From Candidatus Woesebacteria bacterium GW2011_GWB1_38_8b (GTDB taxonomy: Bacteria; Patescibacteriota; Microgenomatia; UBA8517), in contig LBVN01000007.1 in assembly GCA_000993115.1 (NCBI GenBank), forward strand, positions 3,587 through 67,586: a DNA stretch of 64,000 bases, written 5' to 3'. The position numbers and the translations under genes were made by a program. Shown piece by piece: positions 1 through 8,131 of the stretch. Position 1 is the first letter of the stretch; each line of letters opens with the position of its first letter. Below the pieces are notes generated by a model. It saw nothing but the letters and a program-made list of their open reading frames with translations, made no database searches and was not told the DNA's origin.

Positions 1-906
1 CTTTTTCGCTTTTTCCAAATCGTAATCATATGATTTTATTTGAGGATTATAAGCCCATGAATTTGGTTGAATCGGGCTATATGCACGTTTTCCTAAAACC
101 TCTTTGTTAATCGCGTATGCAAGTGCCTGACGTAATTCTTTTTCTGAAAGAAGCGGGCTTTTGGTATTATAAAAAAGCGTAACAACCTGCTTTTGCTGTG
201 CATAGCTCTCAAGCTTAACTTGTCTCCACTTATCAAAAGGAGTTGGATCTAATAAATTCTCAATAATATCTACAGTTCCCAATTTAAAGGCTGTTTTTGT
301 GCTTTCGGTAGTCGGGAAAAACCTGTAAATATTTTTTTGCTTTTTATTTTTAAGAACTAATTCTTGGACGTAAGCTCCTGAAAGTGTTAATTTATCAACT
401 TTCCATTCCGTGACACCAACTAAACCCTTTTTGAAAGTTGGTTTTGAGACTACGGAAGGAAAAGGTGCAAAGTTATTTTCTATTATAAATTTTATAGTTT
501 TATCATCAGGTGTTTCAATCTTTACATCAGAAAATTCATACATTAAATTCCTGCTAGTAATTGGGGTATTATCCTGCCAGGTTAATCCGTCCTTAATCTT
601 AAAAACCCAAGTTTTTCCGTTATCTGTAGTTTCCCAAGATGAAGCAATACCCGGCTCGGGTATATTTTGGTTATTTATATTGGTTAAGCCGTAACTCATG
701 TTAAGAAGTATTTCGGAAGGTAGTGAATCCGGGTGAAACCGCCCCGTTATTCCTATGATTTGTTGTTTTTGTAATTCAAATTTTGAAAACAAATTGAAAA
801 ACAAAAAGAAGAATAAAACACCAAATGAAATACTTAAAAAAAGCAGTAATCTGAACTTTAATAAAAACGCTCTGGATAAACGCAGATAATAACGGGTACT
901 TCGCAT
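1..906 (-). CDS. ABC transporter substrate-binding protein, family 5 (peptide/nickel type); 3' end lies outside the window
   Basis: Not in the ORF track because it runs off the left edge. My translation from the ATG at 904-906 gives MRSTRYYLRLSRAFLLKFRLLLFLSISFGVLFFFLFF (signal anchor), then GIASSWETTDNGKTWVFKIKDGLTWQDNTPITS and LRQALAYAINKEVLG. The frame is open to base 1. The motifs are typical of SBP_bac_5. Confidence 0.6.
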   Translation of the reverse strand, partial: MRSTRYYLRLSRAFLLKFRLLLFLSISFGVLFFFLFFNLFSKFELQKQQIIGITGRFHPDSLPSEILLNMSYGLTNINNQNIPEPGIASSWETTDNGKTWVFKIKDGLTWQDNTPITSRNLMYEFSDVKIETPDDKTIKFIIENNFAPFPSVVSKPTFKKGLVGVTEWKVDKLTLSGAYVQELVLKNKKQKNIYRFFPTTESTKTAFKLGTVDIIENLLDPTPFDKWRQVKLESYAQQKQVVTLFYNTKSPLLSEKELRQALAYAINKEVLGKRAYSPIQPNSWAYNPQIKSYDYDLEKAKK

Positions 907-912
907 TGTATT

Positions 913-1119
913 TTAAACAAAAAGAAGAGAGATAGATATAATTATAAAAAAGATAACGAGTACGAAACTGAGTTTAAATACAATTTGTTCAAGTCCCCTG
1001 CGTGTAAATGAAGCTCCGGATAAACTTCTTCCGAAACCGGTTCCTTTCGATTGTATTAATATAAAAACTACAATCGAAGCTGAAACTAAAATTTGTGTAA
1101 ACAAAAGTATTTCTTTCAT
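913..1119 (-). CDS. secG: preprotein translocase subunit SecG
   Basis: 68 aa with two TM segments and a central QSKGTGFG...RRGLE motif typical of SecG. Confidence 0.8.
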   Translation of the reverse strand: MKEILLFTQILVSASIVVFILIQSKGTGFGRSLSGASFTRRGLEQIVFKLSFVLVIFFIIISISLLFV

Positions 1120-1140
1120 CGCACCTGTTATTATAGCAAA

Positions 1141-1259
1141 CTCAAAACAAAATGACAGATTTACTTCTTTACATTTTGAGATTGATATAAAGTTCCAAGT
1201 TCACCTTGGTAGGAATTCTATGCTTGCCAAACAAAATGTCAAAAACTAACATTTTGTTT
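1141..1259 (+). promoter_or_regulatory. rearranged third copy of the intergenic promoter/palindrome module
   Basis: CTCAAAA...TTTACATTTTGAGATTGATATAAAG is followed by the perfect palindrome AAACAAAATGT (1229-1239) / ACATTTTGTTT (1249-1259). It is homologous to the modules at 13750-13848 and 31821-31908 but carries about 23 extra nt, and no plus-strand gene lies downstream. Confidence 0.4.
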
Positions 1260-1314
1260 TAATATGACTATATACTTTAAAATAATCTAAATTGCATGGA
1301 TTTTTAGTATCGAA

Positions 1315-1716
1315 TTACTTTGTGAGCCAATAAAAGAATGAGGTTATGAGCGAAATAATAAAAGAAAATCCAACGTACGCATAAAACCCCGGTAGATTAA
1401 TTTGAGGGATGTCTATCCAAACGTTGTTAAAACCGGAGAATAAAAATCCGGTAACCCGAAAATCTTTAATTATAAGAGTTACTATAAATAGAACTATTGC
1501 CGAAGACACCCAGCGAAAAAGACCAAATGTAACCAAGTTTAGCGGGAGAAGCAAAATATTTATGACTGGTTTCGCGAGAAGTGAAACCAAAGCCATTACA
1601 ATACCTGTGAGAAACAAGGTTTTGTAATTATTCCCGAAAACCATACCGGTTGCCAGCTTTGATGCGATATATATTGCAAACGTATCAATTACGAAGTGTC
1701 GTAAAAGGCCTTTCAT
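1315..1716 (-). CDS. small 4-TM membrane protein, phage-holin-4 / DUF360 (YvlD-like) family
   Basis: Family-like sequence begins at MKGLLRHFVIDTFAIYIASKLATG (ATG at 1714-1716). The ORF-track version (to 1866) gains 50 extra residues by reading through repeat copy A. Confidence 0.6.
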   Translation of the reverse strand: MKGLLRHFVIDTFAIYIASKLATGMVFGNNYKTLFLTGIVMALVSLLAKPVINILLLPLNLVTFGLFRWVSSAIVLFIVTLIIKDFRVTGFLFSGFNNVWIDIPQINLPGFYAYVGFSFIISLITSFFYWLTK

Positions 1717-1739
1717 ATATTTAATATAGCAAATTATAA

Positions 1740-1866
1740 CAGTTTCGAGAAAACCACGGGTGGTAGCCCTTGGATGAATCGAACCTGATATGTCATCCTC
1801 CTTTGGAGGTTTCGTTCGCAGGAAGCGAACTGGAAACCACGTCTGGAAGGACGTGGAGGATGTCAT
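1740..1866 (-). repeat. structured repeat element, copy A (127 nt), between the uvrC stop and the DUF360 gene
   Basis: Positions 1740-1810 are identical over 71 nt to 2023-2093. The remainder is related but holds an extra hairpin, CCACGTC-tggaag-GACGTGG. On the minus strand the element starts with ATGACATCCTCC and contains GGAGGATGACAT, a 12-nt imperfect inverted repeat. Confidence 0.85.
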
Positions 1867-1870
1867 TAGC

Positions 1871-3325
1871 TTATTTAATTATACCAACAAGATTCCGCTT
1901 TATTAAAATGTGATGGTAGCGTCGGGCAAATCTATGTGCTTCATTTCTTATTTTTTGTACAAAATTCAAAGCAGGACCTCTTTTTAGCTTCACTAAAACA
2001 TATTCACTCTGATTTTTTATATCAGTTTCGAGAAAACCACGGGTGGTAGCCCTTGGATGAATCGAACCTGATATGTCATCCTCCTTTGGAGGTAGCGTTC
2101 GCTGAATGCGAACGGACGGTGAGGATGTCATAAAAACAAGAGTTTCTTCGCGTTTCGCGATTCCGACAACAGGAATGTTGTGGCTTTTAAAGACACTGTT
2201 AAATTTTGAAACTTGACCTTTTCCCCCATCTACAATAATTAGATCAGGTCTCCCCCACTTAGTAAGATAACGGACCCTTCTTTTTGCAACTTCTAAAAGA
2301 GAGTCGGTATCGCTGTTTCCTTTTGTCTGTCTTATCCTAAAATGCCGGTAAAAACTTTTATCTGCAACTCCGTTTATAAAAGTAACCATTGAAGCGGTTG
2401 GAAAATTTCCTGAAATATGAGCGATATCATAACACTCGATTCTTTTAAGATTGTCAATTTTGTAATAAATATTTACTAACTTCTGAAGCCGGTTTATTTC
2501 GTTATCAATTATATCTTCAATTAAATTTGGATTCTCAAAATATCCGGATGGCGCTTCGTGTGAGTGGATAATATAGTTTATTGCATCAATTTTTTCTTTA
2601 TAAAACGAAGCGTTTTCAAAATCTTCTCTCTGAGATGTCTGTTTCATCTCTTTTTCAAACTCCAGCAGTAGATTATTAACCTTACCATTTAAAGCTTTTT
2701 TCAAATAATCAATATTTTTTTTATATTGCAATTCGAGTGTGTGTTTTTGTTTTTCATCAGTACATTTGGCTATATTACTTGGGCAAGGATTACAAAGTCC
2801 GATATGGGAGTAGAAGCATGGCCTGACATCTTGTTTGTGCACTGCATAGGGAAAAATTCTACGAAATGTTTTCAATACGATATGAACGTTTTTACCAGAT
2901 AAAAAAGGACCGTAAGTAATGCCTTTTATATTTCCCAAATCACTTTTTCTTGCTGTTTTGACCCAGGGATATTTATCTTTGACTATCACAATATATAACG
3001 GAGTTTTATCGTCTTTAAGTTGAATGTTATATTTTGGCATATATTTTTTAACCAAAAATGATTCCAAAAGGAGGGACTCAATTTCGGAATTGACAACAAT
3101 TATTCCGAAAGTTTTAGTGTTTCTAACAAGTTCAGTTGTTTTTGTTCCGAGATTTGTTCCTAAATAACTTTTCAGCCTGTTTTTTAAACTCCTGGATTTT
3201 CCGACGTACAAAACCAAACTATGGGAGTCATAAAACAAATAAATACCGGGAAGCTCAGGACACAAAGAGACGTTTTCGAGGTTAAATGATTTTTTCTTTA
3301 GAATGTTTTTTATAACTTCACTCAT
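1871..3325 (-). CDS. uvrC: excinuclease ABC subunit C carrying a 36-codon insertion and lacking the C-terminal (HhH)2 domain
   Basis: GIY-YIG N-terminus (PGIYLFYDSHSLVLYVGKSRSLKNRLKSY), a UVR-like segment, the endonuclease region (RIECYDIAHISG) and IRNEAHRFA. The gene ends 17 aa after HRFA. The 4-nt ATGA overlap with the upstream gene suggests an operon. Confidence 0.85.
   Translation of the reverse strand: MSEVIKNILKKKSFNLENVSLCPELPGIYLFYDSHSLVLYVGKSRSLKNRLKSYLGTNLGTKTTELVRNTKTFGIIVVNSEIESLLLESFLVKKYMPKYNIQLKDDKTPLYIVIVKDKYPWVKTARKSDLGNIKGITYGPFLSGKNVHIVLKTFRRIFPYAVHKQDVRPCFYSHIGLCNPCPSNIAKCTDEKQKHTLELQYKKNIDYLKKALNGKVNNLLLEFEKEMKQTSQREDFENASFYKEKIDAINYIIHSHEAPSGYFENPNLIEDIIDNEINRLQKLVNIYYKIDNLKRIECYDIAHISGNFPTASMVTFINGVADKSFYRHFRIRQTKGNSDTDSLLEVAKRRVRYLTKWGRPDLIIVDGGKGQVSKFNSVFKSHNIPVVGIAKREETLVFMTSSPSVRIQRTLPPKEDDISGSIHPRATTRGFLETDIKNQSEYVLVKLKRGPALNFVQKIRNEAHRFARRYHHILIKRNLVGIIK
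2024..2131 (-). repeat. structured repeat element, copy B (108-109 nt), in frame inside uvrC
   Basis: It shares the 71-nt core with copy A and is translated as MTSSPSVRIQRTLPPKEDDISGSIHPRATTRGFLET. Without these 36 codons the GIAKRE...EAHRF spacing is 39 aa, against 40 aa in my recalled B. subtilis UvrC sequence. Confidence 0.85.
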
Positions 3326-5133
3326 CGATGAAATTTTCGGTGCAGCGTAAAAAAGATACTTACAATTATAAATATTAATACAAGTAAAATTGCAATTTGG
3401 TTAATAATAGCGACTTCTTTTCCCGTATCAACCTCAATTGCCCTGTCACTACTTAAAATAAGGACTTTATCAGGAATATTTTTTGCAAGTAGTCCGTAAT
3501 TAAGTTTTACTTGCATTTCAAATATTTCATAAGGTATTAAGGAGGGTAAGAAAACATTATCATTTGGGTTTTTATCATTAGATTTAACATGTAAATCAAT
3601 ATTATATTCGGCTGAATACCCTTTATTTATTAAAGTAACTAATAATGTTTTTCGAAGAGGGTTATAGCTTTTTTTTATTTCAGCCTTGGTTTCTATGTTT
3701 GGAGCAATCGAATCAGGTAATTTTCCGTAACTGACAAAAACATCTTTTTTGGGAACGCTTGAAAATTTGTATGAGCCGGCAGGCAAAGGCTCCGAGTCAT
3801 TTACACCGTGAATGACAAATGCAAAATGGTTTAGATCAAATTTATTGAAATAGTCAAAGCCTGTTGTAGATTCCCAAGTTGGATCAACCGCAACCCAAGT
3901 TCTTCTGTCATTGTCCCAATACTCTGGCCATGCATGTAAAACATCCGAGACAAGCGACAACGGTTGTAGTTTATCATTTTCTGTGTAAGCATAACCCTGA
4001 ATTTCACGCACAGGAATTCCCGCTGCTCTGGTGATTGCAATAAACAAATCGGTAAATTCCGTACATAGGGCACTATTATACTGCTGGAGAGCTTTGACGG
4101 ATCCGAACCTTTCAGACTGAGGATTGACTCTGTTGAAATCATACTTAAGAGTTTTAACGACATATTTATATATTTCATCTACGGTTTTCAGCTCATTCGC
4201 TAAATCAGTAATTGCTTTATCATCAGTTTGCCAAAAACGCGTATCGCCTAAATTGTTTAAAATTGATTGAGGTGTGGGAAGTGTTAAAGATCTGGGGTCG
4301 GAAAATAATTGGACAAAACCGCTAACTACAACTGTTTTTTGCTCTAGTGGTTTTAATTTAAAAGATAAAAGCCAGTTGCCATCCTCGTCTTTTCTGGATT
4401 TAACGGGATCAGTCGAGAGTTTTGTCAGATAAACATTTTGGTACGGTGTATCGGGGGGAACGGCGATATCTAAATTTTGAGATTTTGTCGATTCGTTTTT
4501 TAGATTGTAATTAAGGTTAAATTCAAAAACCTGGAATTCTCCGAATGCAGCTTTTATTCCGCTATCGAAAGAATTCTGTCCTTTAAAAACAAATTCAATG
4601 TTTTCGCCATTTTCATTTCTCTCATATTTTGACGGCGTAACATAAGCGAGTGGACCCGTTGATGACGGAATAATAAGATGATTTTCAAAAACATCTATAT
4701 CGATAGAATTTAACTTTGGAATCGAGATTTCCAATATATTCCCCGTTTTTTTTGCAATATTTTCTTCTGTGAAATTAATTTGGAAATTACGTGTTTTCCC
4801 CTGGCCGTATAAATCATCCTCAAAAATTATTTTGACATAGTAAGAGTTTTGTTCCTCGGTCAGGTTAAATTTTAATTCTTTTCCGTTTTGGGTGACACTA
4901 AGATTTTTGGGTTTTAGGTAAGTAAAATTTACATGAAATTCTTTAGCCAGTATTTCGGACTTTAGATTTTCTATCGTGTAATCAAAAGTAACGTTTGCAG
5001 AAGCTTGGGTACTAACTTCATATTTGGCAACAAGTGTAGTTTTAAAATCGTCTTTTGCAATTATATTTTTTGGGAAAATTAGTAGTAATAAAAATGATAT
5101 TAGTGCAAATTTGATTATTTTTTTAAGTGACAT
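3322..5133 (-). CDS. transglutaminase-like (Cys-His-Asp core) exported protein with N-terminal signal anchor and C-terminal TM helix
   Basis: ALCTEFTDLFIAITRAAGIPVREIQGYAY...HAWPEYWD...WVAVDPTW matches the transglutaminase-core motif. It overlaps uvrA by 11 nt and uvrC by 4 nt. Confidence 0.7.
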   Translation of the reverse strand: MSLKKIIKFALISFLLLLIFPKNIIAKDDFKTTLVAKYEVSTQASANVTFDYTIENLKSEILAKEFHVNFTYLKPKNLSVTQNGKELKFNLTEEQNSYYVKIIFEDDLYGQGKTRNFQINFTEENIAKKTGNILEISIPKLNSIDIDVFENHLIIPSSTGPLAYVTPSKYERNENGENIEFVFKGQNSFDSGIKAAFGEFQVFEFNLNYNLKNESTKSQNLDIAVPPDTPYQNVYLTKLSTDPVKSRKDEDGNWLLSFKLKPLEQKTVVVSGFVQLFSDPRSLTLPTPQSILNNLGDTRFWQTDDKAITDLANELKTVDEIYKYVVKTLKYDFNRVNPQSERFGSVKALQQYNSALCTEFTDLFIAITRAAGIPVREIQGYAYTENDKLQPLSLVSDVLHAWPEYWDNDRRTWVAVDPTWESTTGFDYFNKFDLNHFAFVIHGVNDSEPLPAGSYKFSSVPKKDVFVSYGKLPDSIAPNIETKAEIKKSYNPLRKTLLVTLINKGYSAEYNIDLHVKSNDKNPNDNVFLPSLIPYEIFEMQVKLNYGLLAKNIPDKVLILSSDRAIEVDTGKEVAIINQIAILLVLIFIIVSIFFTLHRKFHR

Positions 5134-8033
5134 TAAGGTGTTTTTTTAAATACTGCCCCGTGTATGAGTTTTTCTCTTTAATTATATCCGAAACGGTTCC
5201 GGCTGCTACAACATTTCCACCGTTTTCCCCGCCTCCGGGACCAAGGTCAATAATCCAATCGGCATTTTTAACGACGTCTAAATTATGCTCTATTACAAAA
5301 ACACTGTTACCTCTTGATACCAAAACTTTAAGGACATAAAGAAGCTTTCGGATGTCGTCTAAGTGAAGTCCAGTAGTGGGTTCATCTAAGATGTAAACTG
5401 ATTTACCAGCCTCTCTTTTTGATAATTCCGAAGACAGCTTGATTCTTTGGGCTTCTCCTCCGGAAAGAGTCGTCGCGGATTGTCCAAGCTGCATATATCC
5501 AAGCCCGACTTCCTTTAAAGTTTCGAGTTTTTTATAAACAGGTACAAAACTATGGAAAAACTCAAGCGCTTCATCGACTGTAAGCGCCAGAACTTCGGCG
5601 ATATTCTTACCCCGATAAGATACTTCCAAAGTCTGTGAGTTATAACGCGTTCCTTTACAAACTTCGCATTTAACCCAAATGTCGCTCATAAACTGCATTT
5701 CAATTTTAGTTTCGCCCTGACCTTCACAGGCTTCACAGCGTCCCCCTTTTACGTTAAAAGAAAATCTTCCCTTCTTAAATCCAAGTGACCTTGCCTCTCT
5801 TGTTTCGGAATACAAATCGCGAATTAAATCAAAGACTTTAGTGTAAGTTGCGGGATTACTTCTAGGAGTCCTTCCGATAGGAGATTGGTCAATTAATATT
5901 ACTTTCTCGATGAATTCGTTCCCATACAGTTCATTATATTTTGACTGCGTAATTCTTGAATTTTTATTAATGGTTTTAAATAATGCAGGATAAAGAGATT
6001 CGACTAAAAGCGTAGATTTTCCTGAACCGGATACACCCGTAATAACAACATATTTTGAAAGAGGGAAGCTTACATCGATATTTTTTAGATTATACTGCGA
6101 GCAGCCTGTAAGCGTAATTGAAGAGGGAGGTAAAAAATCGGTTGTTAAATTTTGATTTTTGTTATTTTCTGCATTTTTTATTTTACCTACTTCAACCTTC
6201 TTTTTCCCCGACAGATATTGTCCCGTAAGTGATTTGGGGTCTTTTTCTATTTCAAGAGCTGTCCCTTGTGAAACAACTTCTCCGCCGTATTTTCCCGCAC
6301 CAGGCCCAAAATCAACAACGTGGTCAGCGTGGCGAATCATATCCTCATCGTGTTCAACTACTATAACCGTATTACCAAGTTCCTTTAACTTTTTTAAAGT
6401 GCTTATTAGTTTATCGTTATCTTTTTGATGAAGTCCTATGGTTGGCTCATCCAAAACGTACAATACACCTGTTAAACCCGAGCCTATTTGGCTTGCCAAT
6501 CTGATTCTTTGTGCTTCTCCTCCAGACAGCGTTCCTGAAGTTCTTGAAAGAGATAAATAATCAAGTCCGACTTCGATTAAAAACAAGAGTCTGTCATGAA
6601 TCTCTTTTAATATAAGTTTTCCGATTTCTTTTTCCCGCGAGTTAAGAATCGGTTTTTCTATAAGAGAATTAATCCAATCCAAAGTTTGTGATATTGAAAC
6701 GACAGTTATGTCGTGAATAGAGCGGTTTTCTACAGTAATTCCCAAGATTTCCTTTTTAAGTCGTGTCCCTGCACATGTGGGGCAAATTATTTCTTTCATG
6801 TATTTAAGAGTTATTTCGCGCACCATCTCCGAGCTTGTAGTAGCATAGCGCTCTTCCAATACATTCAGAATTCCCTTAAATGGTTCATAAATTTGAGTTT
6901 CCCTACCGAATCGGTTTGTACCGTGAACCTCATAAATCCGATCCCCCGTACCATTTAGAAGCAATTTTATTTTTTCATCGTCGAGTGTTTTTAAAGGTAC
7001 TCTTGTTTCAACTGAGTTTTCTTCGCAAAATGCCAAAATTAGCCTTGAAAACCAGGTTTCATGCTCAAACATATTTGAAAAAGGAAGAATTGCACCTTCT
7101 GTTATAGAAAGTTCCCATGAAAAAACGCTTTCTGGGTCGACTTTCAAAACATGACCGATACCCGAGCATTCGAAACAAGCTCCGTGGGGTGAATTAAAAG
7201 AAAAAGATCTCGGCTCTATTTCCGGAATTTGAACATTGTCTATCGGACAAGCAAATTTTTCACTGAATAAATGATCCTCAAATTCTTTCGGGGTTACGGG
7301 AATTTCTAAAGAATTATCTTTAATGTGAGAAATTATTGCCAGTCCGTCGGAAAGCTTAAGTGTTTGATCAAGCGTTTCGAGCAGTCTTGATTCCAGGTTT
7401 AACCTAAAAACTTCATTTTTAAAATCTTTTTTGGAAAGTGAAAATTTATCAATGACAACTTCAATTGAATGCTTATTGGTTTTTATTAAATACAAGTCTT
7501 CATTAAGCCCTCTAATCTGCCCGTCAACTCTTATTTGGGAATAACCTTTTGCTTTGAGATTAACTAGAAGCTGAGAAAACTCTCCTTTTTTATCTTTTAC
7601 AATCGGAGACAGAACCAAAAACCTAATCGTAGGATTTAAATTTAGCTCTTTTTCTATAAGTTTTACTACCGAGATCTTGATTTCGTCAACAGTTTGAGTT
7701 GAAATTTCACGACCGCAAACAGGACAGTGTGGATGCCCTATTCTTGCAAACAAAAGCCTTAAATAATCGTAGATTTCCGTCACGGTTCCGACAGTTGAAC
7801 GCGGATTTTTAGAAGTCGTTTTTTGATCGATAGAAATTGCCGGAGATAATCCTTCTATCGAATCAACATCTGGCTTTTCCATTATTCCCAAAAACTGTCT
7901 GGCATAAGTCGACAAGCTTTCTACATAGCGCCGTTGGCCTTCGGCATAAATAGTGTCGAATATCCAGATTAATGTTTTTTAAATTGTGCTGACGGGCACC
8001 TCTTATTTTTATTTGTTGATTTGCAATTTCCAT
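5123..8033 (-). pseudogene. uvrA: excinuclease ABC subunit A, disrupted: N-terminal Walker A segment deleted and frameshifted
   Basis: ORF 5123-7915 is UvrA from STYARQFLGIMEKPDVDSIEGLSPAISIDQK onward. The frame is open to 7957 as DTIYAEGQRRYVESL. A separate frame (8033-7959) encodes MEIANQQIKIRGARQHNLKNINLDI. The segment expected between them (about 21 aa, containing GxSGSGKS) is absent. Confidence 0.8.
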
Positions 8034-8104
8034 TTTAGCGCATTAAAAACTAACCAGCGTTTCCCCTGGCGAAAATAATTATATCAGATAGATGAAGAAT
8101 TCAG

Positions 8105-8131
8105 ACTATACGAATTATACCCGAATGTCAA
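8105..8131 (-). promoter_or_regulatory. candidate sigma70-type promoter for uvrA
   Basis: The minus strand reads TTGACA (8131-8126), a 15-nt spacer, then TATAGT (8110-8105). The spacer contains TTCGGGTATAATTCG, which resembles the lexA promoter spacer. Confidence 0.35.

Noticed and set aside
410-694. 94-aa plus-strand ORF.
   Set aside because: It lies antisense to the well-supported substrate-binding protein gene (1-906). It has a low-complexity composition and no motifs.
1740-1810. Possible tRNA gene or tRNA 3' half in the repeat core (GGTTCGATTCATCC-AAGGGCT-A-CCA on the minus strand).
   Set aside because: The would-be T-stem 5' strand (TCAGG) does not pair with CATCC. There is no anticodon arm, D arm or 5' acceptor strand. 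It is tRNA-like at most, not a tRNA.
2024-2131. Small self-cleaving ribozyme (hammerhead-type), suggested by the CGAAAC end and a GATGA segment.
   Set aside because: The conserved CUGAnGA core is absent on both strands (AGGAUGA on the minus strand, CUGAUAU on the plus strand). The helices do not arrange as a three-way junction around a cleavage site.
3831-4178. Nested same-strand or antisense ORFs of 60-130 aa inside larger genes (for example 3831-4178, 9040-9231, 12924-13139, 32420-32683, 49410-49910).
   Set aside because: They lie wholly inside strongly supported conserved genes in other frames, and none has a recognisable motif.
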